A stretch of 64,000 bases of DNA from Candidatus Peregrinibacteria bacterium. Its GTDB lineage: Bacteria > Patescibacteriota > Gracilibacteria > Peribacterales > Peribacteraceae. This document shows, in pieces, positions 16,877-25,912 of this stretch. The translations under genes and the position numbers were made by a program. The notes below the pieces were generated by a model, which was not told where the DNA came from, did no database searches, and worked only from the letters and a program-made list of their open reading frames with translations. Within the stretch, counting starts at the first letter, position 1, and the number at the start of each line of letters is the position of its first letter. The stretch spans positions 72,961-136,960 of the forward strand of contig JABGQH010000004.1 of the NCBI GenBank assembly GCA_018648865.1. Direction: 5' to 3'.

Positions 16877-16891
16877 CCGCTCCACGAAGCA
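16877..16891 (+). repeat. Right copy of the tRNA-Gly 3'-end direct repeat
   Basis: CCGCTCCACGAAGCA is identical to 16055-16069. The flanks are also similar (cgtaccca / cgttaccc). Like the left copy, it is followed by a CGAAG...CTTCG hairpin. Confidence 0.8.
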
Positions 16892-16965
16892 GGATTCACT
16901 TCGTATTATCGCCGATACATTTTTTACATACTAGTAACCGAAAATACACCTGATACACTATCCAA

Positions 16966-17448
16966 GTGATTACATTCCAATCTCCAACTGATTTCCCAAA
17001 AGGGACAGTCTCGCAATTACTGACAGAAAGTTATGGCTCCTTGGTAAATAAAACTGAAACATGGACAAGACTAGTTAAGCAATTTAATGATGCAGATGAA
17101 TTAGTGCACACAAGACCAGAAGTTGCACGTTGCACTTTTATCACTAAAAAAAATGGAAAACCAATCGGACTAGGATGTTTTGATCCAAGGGATCCTGAAT
17201 ACGGAATTATTGGTCACAACTGCATCATTCCTTCGGAGCAAGGAAATGGATACGGCCAACAGCAAATTAAAGAGATTTTCAATCGTTTACGAAAACATAA
17301 GATTAGAAAAGCACGTGTTTCCACAGGCGCAGGAAAGTTTGCTGCACCGGCACGTCAAATGTATGAAGCTTGTGGCTTTACAGAAACTAGAAGATTTAAA
17401 GATGATGGCTGGGAAGAAGATATGGTCGAGTACGAAGTTGAGTTGTAA
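16966..17448 (+). CDS. GNAT family N-acetyltransferase
   Basis: The acetyl-CoA-binding motif A region (IIPSEQGNGYGQQQIKEI) and ARQMYEACGF are typical of the GNAT fold. Confidence 0.8.
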   Translation: MITFQSPTDFPKGTVSQLLTESYGSLVNKTETWTRLVKQFNDADELVHTRPEVARCTFITKKNGKPIGLGCFDPRDPEYGIIGHNCIIPSEQGNGYGQQQIKEIFNRLRKHKIRKARVSTGAGKFAAPARQMYEACGFTETRRFKDDGWEEDMVEYEVEL

Positions 17449-17486
17449 CAAGGTTCAAGTGCCCAGTCCATGAAATTTATAAAAGA

Positions 17487-18032
17487 ATGAGATATAATCA
17501 ATACGTGAATTTCACATCAACAACATACATCGTTGCTCAAGTATTTGCTTTACTCGCAATGGCTGCTTTTACATGGAGTCAGCAATGCAAAAAACGTAAG
17601 TCCCTACTAATATATATAATTTTGGGTAACTCATTGAATGCCGTTCATTTTTTCCTTCTAGGTGCTGTAACAGGAATGGTACTTGCAATTATTGGAGCTA
17701 TTCGCTTTGGAGTATCTATATATTCCATAAATAAGTTATGGCTAATCTTTTTTCTTATAACAAACACAGTTGCAGCTTTCTATGTATTTGAAGGATACCT
17801 ACTATCAGGAACATCATATTTGGCAGCTACACTTATTATAATTTCCAGCTTTCTAAAATCTGATCACTGGATGAGAGTAGCAATTATAATTGGTGCACTT
17901 GGATGGTTAATTTACGGAGTGTTAATTGGTTCAATAGTGGCAGTAGTTTCAAATGCAATCTTCCTCATTAGCAGCATTACAGGATGGTATAGACATGTAT
18001 ATATCGTAAAAAGAATTCCTGTTGAGTTATAG
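17487..18032 (+). CDS. Inner membrane protein, YgjV-like
   Basis: 181 aa with about 5-6 TM helices. Family assignment rests on overall pattern only. Confidence 0.4.
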   Translation: MRYNQYVNFTSTTYIVAQVFALLAMAAFTWSQQCKKRKSLLIYIILGNSLNAVHFFLLGAVTGMVLAIIGAIRFGVSIYSINKLWLIFFLITNTVAAFYVFEGYLLSGTSYLAATLIIISSFLKSDHWMRVAIIIGALGWLIYGVLIGSIVAVVSNAIFLISSITGWYRHVYIVKRIPVEL

Positions 18033-18123
18033 ATTCCGTTAGCACAATCTCCTAGCATCTCATTCTATTATAAGCTCCCAAAACGAACCCCAAACCAAAT
18101 TAACTTTTTCTAACACTAAAAAA

Positions 18124-18155
18124 ACACATGAAGAGTTAACTCCATGTGTCTTTTT
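18124..18155. terminator. Bidirectional intrinsic terminator between the convergent ygjV-like and csp genes
   Basis: ACACATG...CATGTGT stem flanked by an A-run and a T-run. Confidence 0.6.
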
Positions 18156-18171
18156 ATAAGTATTAAAGTTA

Positions 18172-18417
18172 TTACACTTTTGAAACTTGATCAGCTTTAG
18201 GGCCTTTTGGTCCGCTACCAACCTCGAACTGTACTTGGTCTTCTTCTTGTAGAGAGTCAAAAGAGACGTCTACTAGATCTGCTGAGTGGAAGAAAAGATC
18301 TTCGCCACCTTCGCGGGAGATAAAACCAAAACCGTTTAACAGTTTCTTAATTGTACCTGTTTCCATAAAATAGAATGAAAAAAAATAGAAAATGTAATCG
18401 TAATCTGGAAAAAGCAT
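18172..18417 (-). CDS. Cold-shock domain protein (CspA family), possibly with a 17-aa aromatic N-terminal extension
   Basis: The CSD core GTIKKLLNGFGFISREGGEDLFFHSADL carries RNP1/RNP2-like motifs. The ATG at 18417 is preceded by GAAGGAGGT at 5-nt spacing. The conventional CSD start (METGT) is the ATG at 18366, which has no SD. Confidence 0.85.
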   Translation of the reverse strand: MLFPDYDYIFYFFSFYFMETGTIKKLLNGFGFISREGGEDLFFHSADLVDVSFDSLQEEDQVQFEVGSGPKGPKADQVSKV

Positions 18418-18607
18418 TTCTACCTCCTTCAAAACTAAGCTTACGCTGGAAAGTATATCATGCTTATATAATTTTATATAGCGATTCCTCTGTTTTATTT
18501 GACGTTAAAAGCGCCTAGAACCCCTCTTAACTGCAATAACAAACCTTTTTGAATGCATTTGCCTTTTAAAAATAGAAATATTTACTTGCTGGTTATATAA
18601 TCAGATC

Positions 18608-19438
18608 ATGAAATGGGGTTTAGCACTATCTGGTGGCGGATCTTGGGGAATTGCCAATGGAGGCATTATTGAAGTTTTAGATTCGAATAATATAAAACCT
18701 AATTACATATCAGGCAGCAGTATGGGGGCCATAATTGGTGCTCTGTATGCACTCGGGTATCCCCCATCTGTCTTCACTGATCTTGTAAATGATATTTCAT
18801 TGTGGAATATTGCCAATTTTAAAAGAAAAACACTTAAAGGGGGGTTACATGCTGGGATTCTGTCTCAGAATATTTCAAAATTATTAAATCCATTAATTGG
18901 AGATGCGCTAATAGAAGATTGTAAAATCCCTTTTGTTTGTGTTGCTGGCAAAGTTAGTAATCCAATTAAGTGGCAAAATATATTACTTGGATCATTCACA
19001 GATGAAATATCAGAAACTGTTGAATTACACGTATTCTCAAAACAAACTCGTATTGTGGATGCGATAATGGCAAGTAGCGCTATACCAGTATTATTTTCAC
19101 CTGTAGAAATTGATGGCGACTCTTTTATAGATCTTTGTTCATTTGGCGCAATCCCCACCAGGACGCTACGTGATACATATCACCCAGATATTATTGTTGC
19201 TACAAAAACAACTCCTACATATAAATATATTAAAAAATTAGCTCCATTTGGATTAAGGAAATTTTTAGAAGCAGGACAAAAAAGTTTATCTGAAAGTGTA
19301 GATGTTTCTGATTTAATTATAGAACCAAAGCTATCTGGAAATGTTGCATGCTTTAATCTAGCTAATAAATTTTATAATGCTGGTAAAAAAGCAGGAGAAA
19401 GAAACATAGATACAATCATTAATCTTATTTCAAATTAA
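18608..19438 (+). CDS. Patatin-like phospholipase
   Basis: Oxyanion motif GLALSGGGSWG and nucleophile elbow GSSMG. Confidence 0.85.
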   Translation: MKWGLALSGGGSWGIANGGIIEVLDSNNIKPNYISGSSMGAIIGALYALGYPPSVFTDLVNDISLWNIANFKRKTLKGGLHAGILSQNISKLLNPLIGDALIEDCKIPFVCVAGKVSNPIKWQNILLGSFTDEISETVELHVFSKQTRIVDAIMASSAIPVLFSPVEIDGDSFIDLCSFGAIPTRTLRDTYHPDIIVATKTTPTYKYIKKLAPFGLRKFLEAGQKSLSESVDVSDLIIEPKLSGNVACFNLANKFYNAGKKAGERNIDTIINLISN

Positions 19439-19447
19439 TTTAATAAA

Positions 19448-20011
19448 ATGGATTTAATTAACACAATCATCATAGCAATTGCACTCGCGATGGATTCATT
19501 TACTGTTGCGATTAGCGGAGGGGCTAGTTTAAAGAAATATAGCTTTAAAAGCTCTGCATTAGTTGCAGCATATTTTGGATTTTTTCAATTTATTATGTTT
19601 CTATCAGGATATATTGGAGGAGATAGATTAAGAATATATATTGACTCATATGATCATTGGATAGCCTTATTATTATTAATATTTATAGGAAATAAAATGA
19701 TTATTGGATACTTTGATGAATCAGAAGAAATAGTGTTTTCTTTAAAACATAAGATTCTATTAATACTTGCGTTGGCAACCAGTATAGATGCTCTTGGAAT
19801 AGGATTAAGTTATTCACTACTAAACAAGCCATTACTTTTACCATCAATCTTAATAGGAATTGCTGCTTTTATATTTTCTATAATAGGTATGAGTCTAGGA
19901 AAATTTATTAAGAGAATACTTAAAAATAGATCTGAATTATTTGGTGGAATTATATTAATTTTGATCGGTTACAATATTGCTATTCAACATAATGCATTTG
20001 GATTTTTATAG
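19448..20011 (+). CDS. mntP: Manganese efflux pump MntP
   Basis: The N-terminal IAIALAMDSFTVAISGG and the repeated SIDALGIG motif are typical of MntP. Confidence 0.85.
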   Translation: MDLINTIIIAIALAMDSFTVAISGGASLKKYSFKSSALVAAYFGFFQFIMFLSGYIGGDRLRIYIDSYDHWIALLLLIFIGNKMIIGYFDESEEIVFSLKHKILLILALATSIDALGIGLSYSLLNKPLLLPSILIGIAAFIFSIIGMSLGKFIKRILKNRSELFGGIILILIGYNIAIQHNAFGFL

Positions 20012-20024
20012 ATCTAAATTTAAT

Positions 20025-21794
20025 TTACAATAACCCTTTTAGCTTATTTCTAGCAGGCTCTAAATCTGGATTGTAACGAAGTGCATTATTAAATGCCGCA
20101 ATTGCCTCATTCTTTCTGTTTAGTTTTTGGTAAGCAGAACCCATATTGTAATACGCATTTGCATAGAATGGATTTATATTTATTGCTAATTGATACTGGT
20201 CTATTGCGTCTTCGTATCTATTAAATTGAGCATACAGCCCACCTAGGTTTAGGTATGTCTTTGCCTTATTATCAGCATCGACTTCTATAGCTTGTTTATA
20301 AGCAAATTCAGCTCTTTCAAACTCCCCTGCCTGTGCGAACAATATTCCCATTCCAAAGAATGCATCATATTCTGATGGATTAACTTCTAATGCCTTTTGA
20401 TACAAAGTAAGAGACTTATTTAAATCATTTTTACGACGATACAATGTAGCCAAATTACTGTAGGTGCTAGCAAGTGGTCTTATTTCAATTGCCTCTGAGT
20501 AATGATGTTCTGCTTTATCTAAAGCTCCATTTCGATAATAAACAGTGCCTAAATTATTATGTGCTGCCTGAGCAGATGGATACAAAGACAATGCATGCGT
20601 AAATAAAGACTCACTCCCAGCCCATACTTTTGATTGTTGAAAAGAGAGATAAGCAAACAGTGCGATTATCACAGAGAGCAATCCAATAACTACCTGTTTA
20701 TATTTATTAACCAAAACAGAACAAAGGATTGCGAACAAAATGATTAAACCAATAGAAGGAATATATGCATAACGGTCTGATGCAAAATATATATCTGCTG
20801 CTCCAAAACCTTTTCTGTAATTTATAAATGTAGGAGCAAGAGTGATTAAGAAAAAGAGCAAAGCAAACAGTGGTAGTCTTGTCTTTTTTATTAGCAAAAC
20901 CGAAAGAGCAAAAAGTAATACAACGACCACAGCAGAAACTAAAATATCTGGAGTCGAAATAGAAATTGCTAAATCATATGGATAAATAACAGCTAACCGA
21001 GTTGGCAGTATTAATTTACCTAAATAGAATGCTGAGCTTTTTATAGCCATTAAAACACCTTCTAGGGGGCTGCTGGTTCCTATTTGCCCTGGCTTACCAA
21101 CAATTGCGATTATTCCAAAGATAAAACTAAGAGCTACAAATGGAATTAAATCTTTAATACGGGATAACTTAATTCTTCCCTCTTTGTACCAATCTGTAAT
21201 TAACAAAATCACAGGCAATGTAACAACTACAACTTTAGAAAACAGTGCGAATAAGAAAAACAAAATACTAAAAATATATGTCCTTCTGTTCTCTGATTCT
21301 CTGTATCTTAAAAATACATAATACGAGAGGAGGAAAAACATAGTAGATAGAACATCCTTTCGTGCGCTAATCCATGATACCGCCTCTGTATGCAATGGAT
21401 GCACCGCAAATAGCAGCCCCGCTGCTATTGCCGCTACCTTGTTCTTTCCAGATAGATAGTATGAGATCCCAATAACTAGTAATGCATTAATAGAATGCAG
21501 TAGTGCATTTGTTAAATGGTATACAAAAGGATCAACCCCAGAAATTGCATAATTGATCTGATAACTAAAAAACGTAAAAGGTATATAAAGCTCTGGATCA
21601 TACATTGTAAAAATCTTCCAGATAGTCCAAGGGGATATAGCCCAAACAACAGGATTATCAAATACCAATAGGTCATCATCCCAAAAGACAAATTCCCCAA
21701 AGAGTGATGGCCAAAATGTAATTAATACCAATAGGAATAATGCTCCAAATATTAACAAATTCCTTTTATGTAGCAATAGGTGTTTAAAATTCAC
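20025..21794 (-). CDS. Polytopic GT-C-like (PMT/ArnT, GT39-like) membrane protein fused to C-terminal TPR repeats
   Basis: About 390 aa of TM helices followed by at least five TPR-like units (AHNNLGTVYYRNGALDKAEHHYSEAIEI... etc.). Confidence 0.7.
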   Translation of the reverse strand: MNFKHLLLHKRNLLIFGALFLLVLITFWPSLFGEFVFWDDDLLVFDNPVVWAISPWTIWKIFTMYDPELYIPFTFFSYQINYAISGVDPFVYHLTNALLHSINALLVIGISYYLSGKNKVAAIAAGLLFAVHPLHTEAVSWISARKDVLSTMFFLLSYYVFLRYRESENRRTYIFSILFFLFALFSKVVVVTLPVILLITDWYKEGRIKLSRIKDLIPFVALSFIFGIIAIVGKPGQIGTSSPLEGVLMAIKSSAFYLGKLILPTRLAVIYPYDLAISISTPDILVSAVVVVLLFALSVLLIKKTRLPLFALLFFLITLAPTFINYRKGFGAADIYFASDRYAYIPSIGLIILFAILCSVLVNKYKQVVIGLLSVIIALFAYLSFQQSKVWAGSESLFTHALSLYPSAQAAHNNLGTVYYRNGALDKAEHHYSEAIEIRPLASTYSNLATLYRRKNDLNKSLTLYQKALEVNPSEYDAFFGMGILFAQAGEFERAEFAYKQAIEVDADNKAKTYLNLGGLYAQFNRYEDAIDQYQLAININPFYANAYYNMGSAYQKLNRKNEAIAAFNNALRYNPDLEPARNKLKGLL

Positions 21795-21879
21795 ATGGAT
21801 AGAATACTAGATAGGGTAAGCATATTCCATCAATCAATTCGTAAAACATATGTTATACACTATAATTGAATGTGAATTT

Positions 21880-23073
21880 ATGAAAAATATTCATAGACTA
21901 ATGTTGGCTAGCTTCTTGTTTGGATTAAGCTTCTCCCTTCCAATCGAAACATTATTTTTTATTGAGAAAGGAATATCTCTATATGAATTGATGATACTTG
22001 AATCGATCCTTCTCATTTCAGTAATCATATTCGAAATTCCCACTGGAATAATAGGTGATAAGATCGGACGTAAATGGAGTCTTGTTTTTAGTTTTGTTAT
22101 AAATATTTTTGCATGGATCCCTTGGTTGCTAGCTGATAGCTTTTTCTTATTTGCAATAACATTCTTCATGTTTGGAATTGCTTGTGCGTTTTATTCTGGA
22201 TCTGACCAAGCTCTAATTTACGATGATTTAAAAGCTGTAGGGAAAGAAGGCAAAATGAAAAAGGTATACGGAATGTATGATTCTATGAAAGTATTCTCAG
22301 CTGGGATTGCTGCTTTAATTGGCGGATATATTGCACATCAACACCTACTTGAAGAATTCTATAATCTCTTCTTTTTGTGTATAGTTGCTCAAATAATTGG
22401 ATTGATTGTTCTATTAACAGTAAAAGAACCAAGCCGTTCTATTAAAGGGATGCAAAAAAAACATGCACCAGAGAAAGCATTAGTACTATTTAAAGATGGA
22501 ATACGCCTGATACTTAGTAATAAGAAATTGCGAAAAATACTTTTGCTTTCAGCTTTTACAATGCCTTTTTCTTACGTACTAATACGTTTCTATCAACCAT
22601 ATTTTAAACTAGCAGATGTTCCCAATATTTGGTTCGGACAAGCCTTATTTTTATCTTGTATTCTATCCGCATTCGCAAAAATATTTGCTTATAAAATTGA
22701 ATCTATCTTTGGAGTAGATAAAGGAACACTAATTATAACAATAGTGCCATCAATATTGTGGGGGCTAATGGCTGTTGTATTCCATCCTGCACTAGCAATT
22801 ATGATATTTATTTTAAACGATGGAGCAGGGTGTATAAGAGACCCAATATTCGCGGATTATCAAAACAGACACATAGAAAGCAAAAACAGAGCCACAGTTC
22901 TATCAACAATATCTCTCATAATATCCTTGTATCACCTAATTATGCGTCCAATCATTGGGTATTTTGCAGATATAGATATTCGATACAGTTTTATCATAAT
23001 GGCTGTGCTTATCCTTTTCGGAGCAATAATATTTAGGATTAAAGAAGAAGATGTAAAACCTAATACATTATAA
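21880..23073 (+). CDS. MFS transporter
   Basis: About 12 TM helices with the loop 2-3 motif GIIGDKIGRKW. Start set at ATG 21880 (MKNIHRL). Confidence 0.8.
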   Translation: MKNIHRLMLASFLFGLSFSLPIETLFFIEKGISLYELMILESILLISVIIFEIPTGIIGDKIGRKWSLVFSFVINIFAWIPWLLADSFFLFAITFFMFGIACAFYSGSDQALIYDDLKAVGKEGKMKKVYGMYDSMKVFSAGIAALIGGYIAHQHLLEEFYNLFFLCIVAQIIGLIVLLTVKEPSRSIKGMQKKHAPEKALVLFKDGIRLILSNKKLRKILLLSAFTMPFSYVLIRFYQPYFKLADVPNIWFGQALFLSCILSAFAKIFAYKIESIFGVDKGTLIITIVPSILWGLMAVVFHPALAIMIFILNDGAGCIRDPIFADYQNRHIESKNRATVLSTISLIISLYHLIMRPIIGYFADIDIRYSFIIMAVLILFGAIIFRIKEEDVKPNTL

Positions 23074-23130
23074 ATTGTGATATTTCTTTTGTATAAGCGT
23101 TAAGAAAGGAATCTTGAAAACCTCTAACTA

Positions 23131-23159
23131 TAGACACAAAGCCCGATTTTTGTTATAAT
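23131..23159 (+). promoter_or_regulatory. Sigma-70-type promoter of the sensor kinase / response regulator operon
   Basis: TAGACA - 17 nt - TATAAT, with a TG extension (TGTTATAAT). The -10 element ends 13 nt before the ATG, which implies a very short leader. Confidence 0.45.
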
Positions 23160-23172
23160 TAAGAGAAAATAA

Positions 23173-24534
23173 ATGAATAACAAAAAAATCACTCGCAGGA
23201 TGCTGCGTCTTCTATCAATGAAGATAAGTATAACAACTGTAGTTGTTGCTGTATCTACAACTGTTGCCTTGTTCGGAGGGCACATTGTAATTGTTAGTGC
23301 TCAGTTAGAGGACCGCACTACACTATTTACTGTTGCGGGCTTACTGATAGTACTTTCTTGGGGTGCTGCATGGATCATTCCTAAATTACTATCTGAATCA
23401 TTAGAAGAACACAGTGGAATACTGCGTGCATTGCTAATTGGTAATGATGATAGAAATGGAGAAGATAATGAAGATTACGATAGCCAAACATTCCGTCATC
23501 TTGCAGAGAATGTAAATGAGGTATTTTGGGTTGCAGATCAAACTGGAAAGAAAATGCAATATGCCAGCCCCGCATTTGAAAAGATTTGGGGTAAATCGTT
23601 AGAAGTATTAGAAGAGCAAGATAAAAATTGGATTGATACTATCCATATAAACGATCAAGAAAACGTATCTGCTGTAGTAGCTAAAAGTACTAATGATTCA
23701 TTTGATATTGAGTTTCGAATTATTAGAGCAGACGGAGTAGTTAGATGGATTAGGAACCGTGGTTTTCCTGTTAGGAACGATAAGGGAAAACTAACCAGTA
23801 TGGTTGGAATTGCAGAGGACATTACAGAGAGCAAAGTTGTAGAGCTTGCTAAAACTGAATTCGTATCTTTGGCTTCTCATCAGCTTAGAACTCCCCTATC
23901 TACCTTAAAATGGGCTATTGAGGTACTTAGCGAGAGCACTACTAACTTCTCGGATACTCAGAAAAGGCTACTAGATAATGCGCAAGCAGCAATGGTACGT
24001 ATGGGTGAAACAATTAACGCCATGCTTACTGCATCACGCATTCAATCACAACAAATTAGCATGCAAGCAAAGAATGTAGATGTTAAGAAAATGCTTAATA
24101 AGATTTTACAAACATACAAAATACAATCAGATAAAAAGAGTCATACTGTAAAAATCGAATGCCCCGATGAATGTTTTGTATATACAGATGAGAACATGCT
24201 TACAGAGATTATTAGTAATCTACTAAGTAATGCTATTCATTACACACAAGACAAAGGAGCAATTACTCTAAGCGCAAAAGAAAACAAAGAAACTGACACT
24301 GTTACAATTGGCGTTTCGGACAATGGAATTGGTATTCCAAAAGAAGATCAGTCCATGCTGTTTAGTAAGCTATTTAGAGGAAAGAATGCAATGCTTATGG
24401 ATACAAATGGCACAGGGCTTGGTTTATATGTAAGTAAATCACTTACAGATGTAATAGGTGGAAAGATTTCATTTAAATCAGAGGAAAACAAAGGAACATC
24501 CTTTGATATTGAATTACCAATTAGTGAAAGATAA
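23173..24534 (+). CDS. PAS-domain sensor histidine kinase
   Basis: Two N-terminal TM helices, a PAS/PAC region (WVADQTGK...VRWIRNRGFPV), the HisKA H-box SLASHQLRTPL, and HATPase N, G1 and G2 boxes (LLSNAIHYT, DNGIGI, GTGLGL). Confidence 0.9.
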   Translation: MNNKKITRRMLRLLSMKISITTVVVAVSTTVALFGGHIVIVSAQLEDRTTLFTVAGLLIVLSWGAAWIIPKLLSESLEEHSGILRALLIGNDDRNGEDNEDYDSQTFRHLAENVNEVFWVADQTGKKMQYASPAFEKIWGKSLEVLEEQDKNWIDTIHINDQENVSAVVAKSTNDSFDIEFRIIRADGVVRWIRNRGFPVRNDKGKLTSMVGIAEDITESKVVELAKTEFVSLASHQLRTPLSTLKWAIEVLSESTTNFSDTQKRLLDNAQAAMVRMGETINAMLTASRIQSQQISMQAKNVDVKKMLNKILQTYKIQSDKKSHTVKIECPDECFVYTDENMLTEIISNLLSNAIHYTQDKGAITLSAKENKETDTVTIGVSDNGIGIPKEDQSMLFSKLFRGKNAMLMDTNGTGLGLYVSKSLTDVIGGKISFKSEENKGTSFDIELPISER

Positions 24535-24537
24535 AAC

Positions 24538-24942
24538 ATGGAACCTGAAACAAATAACAACGGCTCCAATAATGCAAAGGTAATGATTGCAGAAGATGAT
24601 GTATCTCTAATGGAGATAATGAGCATGCAGCTAAAGAAAAAGGGATACAACGTAATTAGTGCAACCAATGGCAAAAAGGCAGTCGAAATGGTTAGAGAGG
24701 TAAATCCAGACATATTACTACTAGACCTGCTAATGCCAGAAATGGATGGTTTTGAAGTGCTTCAGTACATGCAAGAGAATGATATTCATGTTCCAACTAT
24801 GGTTTTAACAAACCTAGGGCAAGAACAAAACTGCGACAAAAGCAAAGAACTAGGAGCAATTGATTGTTGCGTTAAAAGTGACACTCCACTTAATCTACTT
24901 GCTACAAAGATTGAAGGTATTTTGAAAAGCGTAGGTAAGTAA
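24538..24942 (+). CDS. Single-domain response regulator (CheY-like receiver)
   Basis: Receiver motifs IAEDD and ILLLDLLMPEMDG, with no output domain. Confidence 0.9.
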   Translation: MEPETNNNGSNNAKVMIAEDDVSLMEIMSMQLKKKGYNVISATNGKKAVEMVREVNPDILLLDLLMPEMDGFEVLQYMQENDIHVPTMVLTNLGQEQNCDKSKELGAIDCCVKSDTPLNLLATKIEGILKSVGK

Positions 24943-24944
24943 GT

Positions 24945-25196
24945 CTATTTCGATACTCTCTTCCTTTTTCTAGTAAGTGTGTTTTTTACTAACCGCTTTC
25001 CTTCTTTAGATTTAGGAGCAGAGGAATCATCGTCTTGAAAGAATAGGCCTTCTGTACTGTCATCAGGTGGCTTAATTACTCCAACTGGGTTGCCCCTATA
25101 GAGTAATACATACGTTTTCCCTTCCTGTAATCCAGCACGGACCTCTGGGAAACTATATCTGAGTTGTTTCGTAGTTATAAATTTAGTAGTTGGCAT
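24945..25196 (-). CDS. Phd/YefM-like antitoxin-fold protein with a basic tail, no adjacent toxin gene
   Basis: The N-terminus ITTKQLRYSFPEVRAGLQEGKTYVLLYRGNPVGVIKP resembles the Phd/YefM N-terminal domain. The tail reads TRKRKRVSK. Confidence 0.45.
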   Translation of the reverse strand: MPTTKFITTKQLRYSFPEVRAGLQEGKTYVLLYRGNPVGVIKPPDDSTEGLFFQDDDSSAPKSKEGKRLVKNTLTRKRKRVSK

Positions 25197-25323
25197 ATAA
25201 AAAATATACTACTCGCGAAGTTATAAGTAAAGTTACACCTTGAGTTATAACTTCAGATCTCTAAATAATCATAAAGCCTCTAATACTTGCCATATAAGAA
25301 ATTTTCGATAACCTGTCTCTCCT

Positions 25324-25902
25324 GTGACAAAAAATAAGCCATGTACAGTTGCATTACTTAGACCGCCAGAGACGAGCCTGATATTGTCTGAAACACAAAA
25401 TTTTGAAGATGATGAACCAGAATACAGCGGTTGGATAGAAGATTGGATAGACGACTATCGAGAAGATATCCAAGAAGTTGCAGAAAATGAAAAAACAAAT
25501 GTATCCGTAAGTGAACATCAACTTTTTAATGAAATCCCAGGAAAAGCGCGAAGAAAATTTATAATGGAGAATGACATTATTACTACAATTGATCCATCTG
25601 ATATGACATGGGGGCTGGTTTCAGGACATATAAGGAACAATCCCATTGGGCGTGCAATACTTGCATTTTCTTCAAGAGAAGAATTTGAAGATTCACTTCA
25701 ATTTATCGGCGCGATGAGAACTAAATGTTTTACAGAAACTCTGTCTAAAACAAGGGATGGAATGCGAGCAGTGCTGATGAATGGAGTAATACCAAGATGT
25801 TTTGCCTTTTGGTATAAAGATAATGAACAAATGCAAAATGCAGTAGGACAAGCTCTTGTATTCCCAAATGGACCGATAATTACATCTACAAACATACTAT
25901 AA
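25324..25902 (+). CDS. Hypothetical protein (acidic N-terminus)
   Basis: 192-aa ORF with a GTG start and no recognised motifs. Confidence 0.4.
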   Translation: MTKNKPCTVALLRPPETSLILSETQNFEDDEPEYSGWIEDWIDDYREDIQEVAENEKTNVSVSEHQLFNEIPGKARRKFIMENDIITTIDPSDMTWGLVSGHIRNNPIGRAILAFSSREEFEDSLQFIGAMRTKCFTETLSKTRDGMRAVLMNGVIPRCFAFWYKDNEQMQNAVGQALVFPNGPIITSTNIL

Positions 25903-25912
25903 ACTCATTAAT

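Noticed and set aside
18060-18260. 66-aa minus-strand ORF overlapping the csp 3' end and terminator.
   Set aside because: It overlaps the well-supported cold-shock gene in another frame and spans the terminator hairpin. It has no supporting features.
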